Source of the DNA: Camelus dromedarius
Lineage: Eukaryota
Direction of reading: 5' to 3'
Length of the DNA stretch: 64,000 bases
Assembly: GCF_036321535.1 (NCBI RefSeq)
Contig: NC_087437.1
Location: 38,690,001-38,754,000, forward strand
Every line of letters starts with the position of its first letter. Positions within the stretch are counted from its first letter, which is position 1. The notes below the pieces were generated by a model that searched no databases, was not told where the DNA came from, and saw nothing but the letters and a program-made list of their open reading frames with translations. Made by a program: the position numbers and the translations under genes. Shown one piece after another: positions 14,081 through 27,666 of this stretch.

Positions 14081-15834
14081 TTTAATTATCTTTGAAATAC
14101 CATAATACATTCTGCCTAACCTAAGTAGAGAAATAATTTGTTAAAGGATATTAGGGAATGCATAGGTTCATTAAACAAGTTAGTGAAACAGGGTAGAGGT
14201 CAAGCATACAGGAACACACAGAGATTTGGCCAATAAAGAGACTTCTACTGTGAAAAGCTGCATATCCCAGTTACCATTCCAGAAAAAAAAAATGGATTTT
14301 ACATACTCAGGTTGCTTACTTTTGACTGTCTTCCAGAGTGTAAATGACAGAATCTAGATTCTATGCCCCTAGCCTGGGGCAAAAGAGTCTAGAGAAGTGA
14401 GTTTTCTGGATTCTCCATCAGAGAAGCAAAGCTTCATAGTGTGGGAAATTATCAAAACATAAATAAGGCATTCAAAAGAAACCAGACAGCAGCCAACAAA
14501 TGGCAATGTTTGCTACACCTAGATAAGTCAATTCCTTTCATTGAATGTATGCTTTTCTTCATTAATATCTGGCCATTTTAATATAAGCATTATTGATAAT
14601 TTTGAAAAAAGTTCTAAGAAAATGTTATTATCCTGGATTGGTAACTTCTGGGAATTTATTATGTATCCTGGCAGGCTAGATTATCTGAGTACAAACTATA
14701 CAAAGGATATGAGTATCGATTCTGGGCCTGATTATTAGAAGCAAGTTTGAACAGGCAGCTGAGTAGGAATAAGAAACATCTGGTTATACAGAAAGGTGTA
14801 GAAGATCAGATAAAAAACTCAGTTATCTTGGGGACTAGTTACAAATTCTGTCATAAGAATGGCTTTCTACTGTTTTTGCTCCTACATACCACAGACTAAA
14901 GGCTATTTTTACTTTAGTTGGAAGTTGAGCAACTTAAATTTTGGTGACTGTATTCCTCGTTAGCTAAAATTATCATAAATTACTTCACTTACTATGTGAT
15001 AGTCAACTATATTTAAAAGTAAACACATAGATTTGTCTCCAGGGTAATGTGCACAGTTCGAGACAGTGACAACATAGATAACAATACAGATAATATAATA
15101 ATATTATAATAATATAGCATAAAAATTGGAATTTTTATTTGATGAAATGAGAATTCAGGTTTTATTTACTAATTTGAGTCAACAAATGCCAAGATATCAG
15201 ACTATCCCAGCAATCCTAAATTTTATATAGAAAACAACTCCCAGGAAAAGTATCATTCTAAAATTCTTCAGACATATCAGTCCTTCAAGATAGAATCATA
15301 AATGTAGATATTATCCCAGTAGTTATGCTCTGCCTCCAAAAAAATTGTAACAGTCATTGATTCCCAAATGCACAGTGCAGAAGTAAATTTAGAGTTGATC
15401 TGGAATATAACACCCTTATTTTATAGACTATAAAAACAACTGGAAAAATTCATACCTTCATTTTATATAAGTGAAAAGAAAAGCTCAGAAAGTAACAGCA
15501 ATCACATATGTATGGAAGAAAACATTTCAGAACCCAGATTTCTTGATATCAAATTAAAGTGGAGCCAGGATATCATTTTGGACATTTTTTGCATTCTTTT
15601 TTTTTTTTCTCACTCAGACATCCAAGGAAGGAAGCTGCCAATATCTTTCTTAGAGGACAAAGTACATTATCATGTCATACAATCAATGCAATCAAATTCA
15701 TCATAGCTTTGTATGCATTCTTAATTGCTACATTATACTGCCACTTGACAAAGAAGAAATATTCATGATTATTAAACACAAAAAGGCCAATTTCAGGTAT
15801 AGTACAAGATAAGTAAATTAAAATGAGAGGAAAT

Positions 15835-16556
15835 CACAGTTCACAGTTATAAAGTCACTGTGAACACTGAATAAATGACTAGTGAGCCATTGTTCCTAGG
15901 GGAAACTCAGGATTAGGTTCCTGCAAGCTTTTGGTCACAATATGCTCTTCAACTGATAAATATAAAACTTTGTTTAATCATATGCAGAACCGCTTTATAA
16001 TAAGGCAGTAGCTGAGAACATTATCCTGACGATGGGTAAAGTGACCATAAATTTCCTCGGGCTTCAGCCTCAGAACAATGCTGTCTACTATGCTTTTTTT
16101 AAATCAGTCAACATCTTATGCATCCACAAATGTAGCTGCCTTTCTATCTTTTCCACAGCTTCATCATGAACTGTAGATGAGACTTTCGCATTATCCAGAG
16201 CAGGCTTACGTACAGATAAGTGAATTTCTTCTCCCTTTTTCTGGTTATATTGTACTGTTGATTCATTAGCATTGAACTCACAGCCAACAGCACTATAACT
16301 CACACCTGGATGAAGCTTACCTAACACATTTATTTTCTCCGGAAGGCACATCACAGTTTTATTACACATGGGAACTATAAACAGCACTTCAGCACAACAC
16401 TAGGGGACCATTTAAGCAGCAAAATTACCAACAAAAAGCACAAAAATGTGGAAATTGTGGCACTAGATTGAGTGTGGAAAGACACTTGTTTACAGTATGA
16501 GAATTGAAACAAGAAAGCAGAGCGTGGCCTTGTTTGACCTCAACTGGGAATGTGTG
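15835..16556 (-). mobile_element. MER82/Tigger17-family TcMar-Tigger element retaining N-terminal transposase HTH coding sequence
   Basis: Flanks match recalled MER82 text (ccattgttcctaggggaaa...; cacttgtttacagtatgag). ORF 16088-16387 VMCLPEKINVLGKLHPGVSYSAVGCEFNANESTV...VEKIERQLHLWM is a CENP-B/psq-type Tigger N-terminus. Confidence 0.85.
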
Positions 16557-18849
16557 ACTCATAATTCAACTCAGGAATCTGAGAGAACACAACAGAAACA
16601 ACCTCTGGACATTGGCTGTTGGGACGTTCCCAATCTGTAGCCCTAATCCAAACCCTAACTAGGTTCTATCCTGGGCTTGTAATACTAGAATGGAGGGGCA
16701 CAGATCAGACATGGGCTTTGCATTATTTGGTGCCATTGCCCAGGTGTCCCAGGAGAGAAAGAGACAGTATATAGTAAAAAGAACATGGATGTTGGCGTTA
16801 GAATTCCTACTCACGCACTTAATACTTCTGAGGCGGATTTTCCTCACCAGCAAAACACAGACTGTTCTATGTACTTCAAGTATTCTTGTGAATTCTAAAT
16901 TTATTGAGGCAGTAAAACTGCATAGTACAGAATAGGCAGACACTTGAAAAAAAATAAGTAAATTGTTCCTTTTGCTTCCTTGCACAGATGACACAATCTA
17001 GAATCAGGCTGATTCCAGGGAAAAGGGAAATAAGTTTTCTTTATAAGTATCCTAGAAGCTAGAGGTAATCTTGTGGTTCTACCTAATCATGACATTAGAC
17101 AGTTGATAAATTATAGCTTACAATGAATTTGCTGTCATAGCAGTAAAAAAAAAAAAAAAGCAAGTTAAGCAATTAAAGGCGGGAAACAAGGATTTAATTT
17201 TGGGATCCAATTTGGAACAGAATTAAGGTGATGCAGGAGCCTAATATTTCATTCATCTATAATATCTCCAGGCTTGGTAGTGATTAGATGCCAAGTCATT
17301 TCCTGGCCTCTGTAATAGATAATAGCTCTGACACTGTGTCCTTTAACAAAGTGCCAGAGGAACAGCTCAGTATACTCCACGAGGAAAACAAATCACACCT
17401 TGTCAGACCTATACAATTCCTGGATTCTGCCCACCAAAGCACTGACATGATCTGATCTTATTTTACTTAAGAATTCTCAGGGGATCTTAGGATAAGAGAT
17501 TTTTGCTTTATCTTGAAGACTAATTATATTCTTTAGAAAGGGAGTCATGAAAACTCATGTTGATGCATAACTGGGAGCAAATTATGAGGCTTCTTGTGAA
17601 CTCAGTGAATCTTAGTTTCTCACAGTTGAGGAAACCACTTGATTATCAAAGAGATGATCTTCTAAACGTTCTGTTCCCTGGTCCCATTCTGATTTTTGAC
17701 TACCTCCTAATTCTCTAAAGCTGCAGTTCCCCCGACTGTATGCCATCTCATGGTGATGCAGGAAACTCACAGGGGAGCTGTGGAACTTTTACATTTTTAA
17801 AGGAAACACAGTGATATTTAGCATCTGTCAGCCCATGAATTACAAGCTTGAGGTAATTTTCAGACCACAAAACATTCCTTTGGGTAACACCATCTTTTAG
17901 AAGCAGGGTTTTCTGCCACAAGTACTACACAGAAAGTAATGAGGAACAGGAAGTAAGGATAGTGGGATCCAGTTTGACTCCAAGGTTTGAGAAGTTGTGC
18001 AGTGCACAACAGATGCACATGTCCCATTAGGAGGTAACTGTGGTTATTCAAGAATGATATATTTTTTCTTTCAATTTATGTGAATTAGTTTTTTCAAATG
18101 GCTACTAAGTTGCTAGCACAGAAATAGTTATGAAGTTGTTTGGATCTAATTACTTAAACACTGACCTGTCAGGTATTTCTTTGGGCCTAAGGATGCTGTG
18201 GGGAAAAATATGCTGAGACACAAAGGGTCCCATGAACAGAGGAAGTTTGGTAGCCTCTGCCCTGCAGCCCTGTTCCACCTTGTCAAATACAGCTCAGGTC
18301 AGTATTTTATCTTCAAAGGCTTATCTGTCACAATAAACTGCCTGAGGAGGTGGGTATTCCCTTTCATTGAAGCAGATAAAGTTAAAATAAATTTTAGGTC
18401 ATTAAGATCTTTTCAACCTACTGAGCAATGCCTGCTATGGCTCATGTTAAATATTTATCACCTGAGGACAGCCATCTGTTCTTTCCAATTCTCATTGGCC
18501 TTAGCTTCCTCTCATCTTGCCAAAAGTATTAGACGCTTGATGGTTTGATTTCCAAAATCACGATGTTTTGGGATTGCCTACTGTATGTGTTTATTTATCA
18601 ATATTTATTCTATCTGACCTGCTTTCTGCATTTCTCAAAGCAAAACACCCACATCTCATAAATACGCTCTTAAGTTTCTAATCATGTTGCAAGCTGCAAG
18701 TACTTTAATTATTTTCCTGTTCTGCTTACATTGGGAAGTTGGAAAATAAATATTCAGGCTTTATCAGCCACTCATATTAGAAATAAGGCATAGAAACTCA
18801 AAGTTGTAATTGCATATTAAAGATCCCTAGGAACCTGTTTGGAAGGAAA

Positions 18850-19255
18850 ACTAGGAAGCTTTTCACTTTTTTCTCAATCTTCATTCTCTCTGGGAGAATT
18901 CCTCCCACTTTATTGCTATCACCGGATGGCTCCCAAATGTCTATCTCCTCCTTTATCCTCTCTTCTGAATTGAAGTCACACATTCCACACTGCCAAGATA
19001 TGCCACAAGCCCCACAAGCATCCTGGGCCCCAAGTGTCCTCACCAACTCTCCTCTCACACTGCTCCCAACTCAGGCTCAAAATTTTCCTTCTTTCTTGTT
19101 CCCAACAACCAAAGGATCTCAAGTCTCAGCAATCTATCTCTTCATTCATCCTCTATTGTCATTGCAACTTCCCTGGTTTAGGCTTTTATTTCTTCTTACC
19201 CCAGTTCGTTCTTTACATAGCAGCTAGGTCATTTGCTAGACTGAAATAGGCCTAT
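18850..19255 (+). mobile_element. L2 fragment
   Basis: Pyrimidine-rich L2 3' region text (gatggctcccaaatgtctatctcc...). Confidence 0.55.
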
Positions 19256-19264
19256 GCCAATTTG

Positions 19265-19742
19265 CCCCGGCTTTATTGAGATACAGATGACATGTAACAG
19301 TGTAGAAGTTTAAGATGTACAACATAATGATTTTATGTATGTACTTACTGCAAAATGACTACCACAGTAAGGCTAATCAACACATCCATCATCTCACATA
19401 GTTCCAATTTGATGTATGTGTGTGAGAATTTTTGAAATCTACTTTCTGAGCAACTTTCAATACAGTATTGTTAACTATGGTCACAATGCTATATATATTA
19501 CAACCCCAGGACTTAATCATCTTACAACTGGAAGTTTGTGCCCTTTGACCTTCACCCATTTTGCCCACCCTCAGCCCCTTACAACCACCAATCTGTTCTT
19601 CATTTCTATGAGTTCAGTTTTTTAGATTCATATATAAGTGATACCATGCAGTATTTATCTTTCTCTGTCTGACTTATTTTATTTAGCATAGTGCCCTCAC
19701 ACTTCATCCATGTTGTCACAAATGGCGGGATTTCCTTCTTTA
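19265..19742 (-). mobile_element. L1MA-type 3' end
   Basis: ctttattgagat...gtttaagatgtacaac...ctgtctgacttattttatttagcatagtgccctc...atccatgttgtcacaaatggc. Confidence 0.85.
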
Positions 19743-20579
19743 TATTGTGCAGAACTAGTTTTAACTCATTTTAACACAATGTGGCAACAACAGAAGAGGT
19801 GGCTTCCCCATACTGGGGTTAACTGGATGGTCAGTTTCTGTGGTTGTCTCTCGAGACATTTGGAAGCAAGGCTGTCTTCCTTAGACTGACTAAGCTCTTG
19901 GGGTTCATGGTTCTTTTAGGAAACAAAGAGGGATAATAAACTTCTTGAAAATCTATTATATGAGGGGTTCAGATGATTTCATTAGAAAAAAATACATGAC
20001 CATACTTGTACCCTTAAGCTAGGGAAGAGTGCTTACTCTTCTCTAAGTAGAGAAGTATGGGTTGGAGAGGGGTTGGTTATGAGGGGGGGTGCAGGAGATG
20101 CCCTCTGGATTTCCTTTTCTCCCTTCCATGTGGAGTAAAAATTAATAACTTTGAGAAGGGGAAACAGTAATCAAGTACCAGGAAGTGTCACTCTTCAGGC
20201 CTAGAAATGGACTAGGAAATGCACAGGAAGCGGCTCCTTTGTGACTGACACACTAAAATAATTCTCTCCATTTCAGTAGGGATTGTTTACATGACAAATG
20301 GACACTGATGAAAACTTACATAATTCAGTAAAGATGACATGACGTTAAATATTTTAAAACCAGAAATCCCAGAACCTTTTGAAAATTCTGCTCAGACTCA
20401 TCTTTTTTTTTTTTTCCAGCACTAATAATAATATTTGAAGTTTGGTGGAAAAATACCCAATTTTTTAAAGTTCATTACTCTTGTTCTTGCTATTACAAAG
20501 CCTTGGTTTTGATGTTCAAAATATCTGGTTACCAGATAACAAATAGTTCAGCATGAACACCTAGAATTTTACATTTTAC

Positions 20580-21310
20580 TTACTTTTTTTTTTGAGTAGA
20601 TAATAAATTCACATAGTTTAAAATTCAGAAGGTGCAACATGGTAAAGAGTGAAAGGCAGGGTTGTCCTGGAGATGGTTCACACTAGCACAGAGGGCTGCT
20701 GTTGTAAGTATCTCTTCCCAACTCTCCATGTACATCATGGAGATCATGGACATCATGGACATCACCTTGATATACCAAGTGGATGTGGTGGGAGTATTTA
20801 TACTACAGAAACTGGCAAATACTACAAACCAAATCCCCCAACTCTACCAAGTTGTTGAACATTCACCAGAACACCAAGGTAAAAGATCTCCTCCCTCCTC
20901 AATTTTCCACCCAGCCATCTAATTTTGCTCCCCACTTACAACTACCATTACTTGGGATTATTTGGATGCCTTCCCAAACATATTTGGGGCATACCAGCAA
21001 TAGATTACATGTAATAAATATGTACATTTACTTATTTCTCCCTTTGTAACGCACATAGTAACATTTCATATATGCTATTCTGCCCCTTGATTTTTCACTT
21101 AACAAAATACATTGGAATCATATTGTAGGGGTGCATACAGTGTTTCCACTCTTTTTTTTCATGCCAGCAGGGTAATCCATTCCATGAGTGTACCATGATT
21201 TTTATTTAATCCAACATATTGCACCCAAAGGCATGTGTATTTTAAATTTTGATAGAGACTGCCAAATCCTCTTCCACAAATATTCCAACTTGCACTCCCC
21301 TCAGTGGTGT
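20580..21310 (-). mobile_element. L1ME-type 3' end, interrupted by MER63
   Basis: taataaattcacatagtttaaaattcagaagg...gactgccaaatccttccac...cacttgcactcc-type text. Confidence 0.6.
20657..20876. mobile_element. MER63A-like non-autonomous hAT (Blackjack group)
   Basis: atctcttcccaactc...gtggtgggagtatttatactacagaaactggcaaatactacaaa...gttgttgaacattcaccagaacacca matches recalled MER63A. Contains an internal 9-bp expansion (catcatgga)x3. Confidence 0.7.
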
Positions 21311-23355
21311 CTGAAGTAAACATTTATAATTAAAATGCATAACCATCCTATTATACAGTCACATAAAGGTGCTGTTCCATGTTAGAGAGAAATACTGTTT
21401 TCTATTATTCTGCAATAATTACCGGATTGATACAGGATGCTATTGTTTTGTTAAGTGAAAAGCCTTCTTTGACTAAAACTCTCTTCTGCAACTTCTTTCT
21501 TCTCACTTTGTGCAAAAAGGCTTCACTCAAACCCTTAGGAAAAGTAAGTTATAAGATCTGACAGAAGAGAGATCTTTTTTGTATTCACTTCTCCACGTTC
21601 CTTTTCCATCTCGTTACTGCCACACACACACACAAAGCACAAAATGATGTACAGAACTTAAGTTAGGCAGTGATTTATCAGAAAGAGCAGGAACATGCAT
21701 TTAAAATGCTCATCTTGAAAGAAAAAGAAGGAACAAGTTTTTTTAAATGACTTTACTGTACTTCTAACAAAAGAATCGATATCTGGCTTTTGCAGGAGCA
21801 ATCCCACAGTGAAAATAAAATCACTCACCCTTGTAGCTTTAAACAAGCTTCTATGTGTAGGGAGAAAAGTTCATTTTCTAAAGAAGCTTTAAAAAATAAT
21901 GAGAAGTGGAAATCACTCATGTTCCATTCTTATAAAAGGCTTGTTTCTTGAAAATGAAATAATTAATGCACTATTCTTAACATCTGAGGCCTTAAATAAT
22001 TATTCACAAAGTTTACTAAACACTCAAGACTGAAGTCAAGACATTAGCCAAGAAAATTAAGAAAGAGAGAGCGAGCAAGACTGCATTTCATAAAGTATTA
22101 TTTAACTTGAAGGCTACATACAGGCAAAATGCTAGTGGAGTTGTTAGAATAAGCTTTTCAAAAGCTACAGGCAGGTAACCAAAGAAAAGACACAGGATAT
22201 TTTCTTTAGATGAAATAAGGTGAAATGCAAAAAGAGAAAAGTCAACATTTCACAACCACTAGCAGCCTTCAGATCGTGTCCCCTAAGCCATGGATCCCAC
22301 CACATCAGGTGCTGTGGCAGTCTGTGGTTATCTATTACAACGAAAAAGGAGACGACGATACTCACAGCATCAGCTAATATAAACTAACAGTACATACACT
22401 ATAATACATGCAGGTGAAGGCATTTGCATACATGCTTAAATGAAACCCTCTCTGTTGGTTCTCATGATCATGCTTTTTGGCACACTGACCCTAGAAACCT
22501 ATGGTCCAGCCCTCAGGGCAAAGGTCCCCTTTACACGTGTATCTCATAAGATCATTCCTTTTACTGCAGCATGTGTTCACTTCTGGCCTTCCATGTATTA
22601 AAAATGTATTTATAAAAATTAATTTCGAGCCACCAAAAATAGTTCAGAAACAAGGAGTTGAAAATGCACATATGACTCAGGGTCACATACGTGTTAATGA
22701 AACTCTTCAAGGTCACTGTTAAAACACGTGGTGAGGCAGAATGAGGGGAAGAGAATAACGAAATAAAAATCACAAAGGAGAAGAAGCCAGTGAACAAATC
22801 AGGAGAGATCAAGGGGAACCCTGCTGGAGGGTCACTGCTACCCTGGAAAGCATCAGGGGAGGCAGCTGAGCGGGGGGCCACCTGCGGAACCTGAGCCAAT
22901 CCCCCAGCCTCTCTCAGCTTCAGTTCCCCGATCTGTAAATTGGGGAGATGCAGGGCACTGTCTAGATCTGATACCCTATGGTCTCTGCTATTATACTTGT
23001 GCAGGTTTGTGAAAGGAGGAGAATGGGGCTGAAAGGCATGGCCAGGAATATTAACTCCCACCCTCCCCTCTGACATCATCTGAGCCATACATGATCTGTG
23101 AGCTCTCCTCTCCATGTCCCAGCCCTCTTGTACTAAGGTGGAGCCGTGGGCCAGATCCCGCCAGCGAGCTGCGAACAACCCCTGTATCATTTATAGGCTG
23201 AAGCATAGATGGCCCTCCAGTTGTCTCCCTCCCAAAACCAATTCCAAAGCCTGGGTCCCTGAATGATGAAGTCGGAGCAGAGGCCTCTACCGCCCTATAT
23301 GGGGTGTGTAACATGAGTGAGAATAAATCTTTGCTGTTGGTTGTTACATACGTAT

Positions 23356-23815
23356 CAGGAATACCTCATCTTACCATGCCTCACTCTACTGGGTTTTTTG
23401 CAAATTGAAGGTTGTAGCAACTTTACACTGAGCAAGTCTACTGGCACCATTTCTCCAGCATCATTTGCCCACTTAGTGTCTGTGTCATATTTTGCTAATT
23501 CTTGCAATACTCTGAACTTTTTCATTATTATCATATTTTTTACGGTGATCAGTGATCACTGATGTTACTACTAAGGCTCACTGAAGGCTCAGATAATGGT
23601 TAGCATTTTTCAGCAATAAAGTATTTTTAATTAGGGTATGTACATTGTTTTTTTAGACATAATGCTATTACACACTTAATAGAGTACAGTATGTATAAAC
23701 GTAACTTTCATATGCATTTGGGAAACCAAAATATTCATGTGACTTGCTTTATTAAGATATTGGCTTTACTTCAGTGGCCTGGAACTGAGCCCGCAATATC
23801 TCAGAGGTAGGCCTG
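23356..23815 (+). mobile_element. Internally deleted Tigger1 derivative (Tigger1a_Art-like)
   Basis: TIRs CAGGAATACCTC / GAGGTAGGCCTG. Tigger1 left arm (aaattgaaggttgtagcaac) fused to right arm (gctcactgaaggctcagat...). Confidence 0.88.
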
Positions 23816-24444
23816 GATATGTGTATATATGTTTATATCTAAAGTCTGATGCATAAGTAAAAACCAACAGCAAAGATTTATGTGCTTCTCTGGCTATCTC
23901 ATCCTCTTTGCCCTCCACGCCCTTGCTCAGCCCGGAAGAAGACCTCCTAAAAGGCTCTCTGTCAGGTGCCCTTCCTGACTGGTGACCGGTAACAGCAGAG
24001 CTGGCCGTCACTGAGTGCATGAGCTCTGCCCTCCACAGCTACCTGGTCCAGATTCACTCCTTTTTCCTTTCCCTGCCCCTCTCAGCATTTCTGAGTCTTG
24101 TGTGGGTCCCAGAAACTCTCAGGGGCTTCTTTCATGCCTCACAGGTATGAAGGGGACCCTTCAAAGCAGCTCTCAGACCCAGAGCCCTGGAACCTCTGTT
24201 CAGCTACCTCCAGCATGCCATGTGCAATCCTGAGCATGAGAACTGGGAACTCCCTGGAGGCTCGTCACATCCCCAGGTAATGGCCGAGCAAGTGAGCACC
24301 AGCCTGGACATTCTGTTTGAATGATGATTCCATTGTCCCCTCCTCTTCCCTTTCTAGAATTTCAAATCAAGTTGGGGAAGCCAAAAACTGATGTCTGATG
24401 TAGACTGTCAGAAGTCTAGCTTGAAGAATCCTCATACATTTTCA

Positions 24445-24955
24445 GTTGGCATGTAAATCAGTACTGCCGCTATGGAGGATAACTGGGTGGCATTTAACAA
24501 AGTTTAATATACACGGCCTTGGACAGCAATGCTGCCTTTAGATTAAAACACTCCAGATAAAACCATGCTCTCATAAAACGACTTTTTCATGAAGTTATTC
24601 ATTATGAGATTGTTTGTAATAGTGAAAGATCAGAAACAATGTAAATAACTATGAATATGACTGGTTAAATAAAAATTATGGTAAATTTATGCAATGGAAT
24701 ATAATGAAGGCATGAAAAATAATGAAGTGGGTTTTTATGTGCTGATTTGTGAAATCTCCGAGCTGTATCTGGAGGGTTACACCAAAACCAATAATATTGA
24801 TTGACCAGGCAGACACAAAAGGGGGGAATAATATTCAGAAGGAGGGGAAACATTCACCAGATATTTTTTGTATCTCTTGAATTTTGAATTATGTGACTTT
24901 AAAATCTATAAATACCTATAAATACATTTTTATCTTCAAAAATATTTAATTAAAA
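24445..24955 (+). mobile_element. L1ME-type 3' end
   Basis: tgtaaatcagtactgccgctatggag...ttgtttgtaatagtgaaa...ggtaaatttatgcaatggaatat. Confidence 0.6.
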
Positions 24956-25409
24956 AATATACTTGTATCTTTTTTCCTTAAAAAAGTGTGCATAAAATTA
25001 TGTAATTATATAAAAGACTGCCCCAAGATGAGCAATTATTTTAGAATATCTACCTTGCCCTAAAGCTATAATTGTTCCAGTTTTAATGCAAGAAGAGCCT
25101 CAGGGCAAAGAGAAGTGATTATGAATTCCTCAGAATAATCACTTACTGGTACCAGGTTAGTGTTTTTTTAAAAAAGTGCCATCTCTCTACGTACACTCAA
25201 CAGTTGGGATTTGCACCATTCTTTACTCAGACTTTTGTGTGTTAAGTACTTCTCCTCAGTTCCTCTCAATATTTTCATTAAAACTCATTCTAAACCTCTT
25301 ATTCTGCCATTTTTGTGGATTACATAAAATTACATCACCTAGATATAAAATGACACCTGAAAGGCAATCTATTGGTGGTTCTCAGTCAACAGCAGCCAGC
25401 AGTTTTATA

Positions 25410-25770
25410 GAGAGCTAGCATATACCACGCATGCTCTAGGCTCTTTGCTGTATCTGTTTGCTCAGCCATCACTATAACCCTATTAAGTAGGTACTCTTAG
25501 TATCTTTTTACAGACGAGAAACTGAGGCACAGAGATGTTTACCAAGAGCACACAGATAAGAAGTGATGGAAGGAGGATTCAATCCATTTAATCCCTAGAT
25601 CCTGCTCCAATGATGGTGATGATTATACTAATATCTATTGAGCAGTAAACGATGCATCAGGCACTGTCCTAAACTTTTCCACGGATCAACGAACTTTTGA
25701 GGCATTAGGCAACTTAATCCTTACACCAATTCTATGAGTAAGCATTGTTATCCTTCTATTAGACATGAGG
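25410..25770 (-). mobile_element. Two MIR fragments
   Basis: MIR core tttacagacgagaaactgaggcacagag. Confidence 0.7.
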
Positions 25771-25775
25771 GTATC

Positions 25776-25991
25776 TGTCTTAGTTCTGGCTGCTATAACA
25801 ATACCATAGACCGAGTGGCTTAAACAACAGACAGTTATTTCTCAGCATTCTAGAGGCTGGGAAATCCGAGAGCAAGATTCAGGCAGATTCAGTGTCTAGT
25901 GAGAGCCTGCTGCTTGGTTCACAGACGAAGGTCTTTTCATTGTGTCCTTACATGGTGGGTGGGGTGGGGCATAAACATTCAGTCTATAGCA
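25776..25991 (-). mobile_element. MLT1A-like MaLR LTR, internally deleted
   Basis: tgtcttagttctggctgctataacaataccatagaccgagtggcttaaacaac...aaacattcagtctatagca. Confidence 0.8.
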
Positions 25992-27666
25992 AATTCAATC
26001 CCTAGCAGGTATCAAGGCACAGAATGTTAAAGATCTTGATCACATTCTTAACTACTATAATAGAGTGTTTTATCACCAAACCAAACCATGAGGCAATAAT
26101 TTTATGCCCATCTTTCAGTGAAATTCCCTAGTTCACAGTGTAATGAGAAATGGAGACAGAGTTTGAAACCAGCCTGTCTGCCTTCTACAACCTGGGCTCT
26201 TCCCGTGACGCAACTGTGCCCTCCCTAAAGAAGGATGCCTGGAGCCCACAGCAGACCACTGGGATCTGGCACTGTTTTGTCCAAGTTGTCTAACCTCTCT
26301 GAGCTTTCATGTGTGGTTTTGAAAGGAGAAAGGAGGACCACAAGGTCTCTACAAAGAACCCAGGAGGTTCTGCCACCCAGCCTTCCCACTCATGCCTTCT
26401 CTCAGTTTAGAAATTCTACACAAACGAGTCTCTATTAACTTCACATTCTGGCACTACAAGATTCCAGAAAAATACATTCTGAGCATTTAAGAGCAAGATT
26501 CGAAGTTACAGAAGAGAATTACCCCTGGGACCTGGTTCTCCAGGCTGTCTGGTGTATCATAGTACCTACTCAACACCGCTCCACCTCCACCTCCACCTCC
26601 ACCACAGTCCTGCGCCTCTGCTCTTGCTGAGCCTTCTGCTTTCACTGCCTTGTCCTTCCCTTTCTACTTTGAGGGCCCACATCTGTAATATTCTTCAAGT
26701 CCCATTTGAATTGTCTTCCCTCCTGTGAATCTTCCCCATTCTGTTCTCTCCCCATATTAGAAGCAGTCTTTCTTGCATCCAGTTTCATTTTTTTCTCTAA
26801 ATGGATGTCAAAAGCACAGAGATCACTGATATTTCATTTATTTTGTGCTATCATTCTAACAATTTTTCCAGTCAAAAAACTCATCATCATCTCAGGTCAA
26901 TTTTGCCTGCTACCCCAGAAAACCCATCTTAATTTTTTACATGTGAATCTATAAGGAGGTTATTTCTTTAACAAGAATCCCAGTTCCTCTGACTTTTTCT
27001 AAAAGGGTATTTTACACATATTAATATCTTGGTTGCTTTTCTCTGCCTCTCTCCAACTTTTCTCTCTCCCTCTCAACCCCCTTCTCAGTCTCCCTCCTTC
27101 CTGTCCCTCCTCCCTCCTGCCTTTTCTCTGTCTCTCCTTCTTCCTTTCTTTTTAAATCAGCACATTTAATTAAATTTAGCAAGTATTTATTGAAGTCCAG
27201 CTAGGTAGTGGACTCTATTATTGGTGTTATAAAGATTTAAAAACTCAGAAACCCCCTCTCTCCCCTCAAGGAATTTACAATCTATGGGGAAAGAAATATG
27301 CAAAAACTAATTATGACACAATACAGTCTAAGGCATGTTTGGGCACTGGAGATAAATTCTTTCAAAACAAATAATGCAATACACACACAAAAGCTATCTT
27401 AAAATCAAGCTAAATAAACTTATAAACATTTAAAAATTAGTTACTAGTTCTACTAAAAAAGAATCCAAGATACAAAATAGTTATAATTTTAAAGTTCTTC
27501 CAACTTTAGGAAAACAGAAAACAAGTCCATTGCCATTATTAGTTCAAAAACTAATCGGATAACTTTATATCTAAAAGATAAAGTGCCTTTATCCTACAGC
27601 TATTTATGCAAAAAATTAGTATAACTTGCATTTATGGTATAAAATTTATTTCATTTATTTTTTTAG

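Noticed and set aside
16088..16387. Tigger HTH ORF as a domesticated TIGD-like gene
   Set aside because: Only the N-terminal ~100 codons inside a non-autonomous MER82/Tigger17 element; no DDE domain.
22561..23190. 209-aa minus-strand ORF
   Set aside because: Crosses a MIR core (LQIGELKLRE); no homology or splice logic; likely chance.
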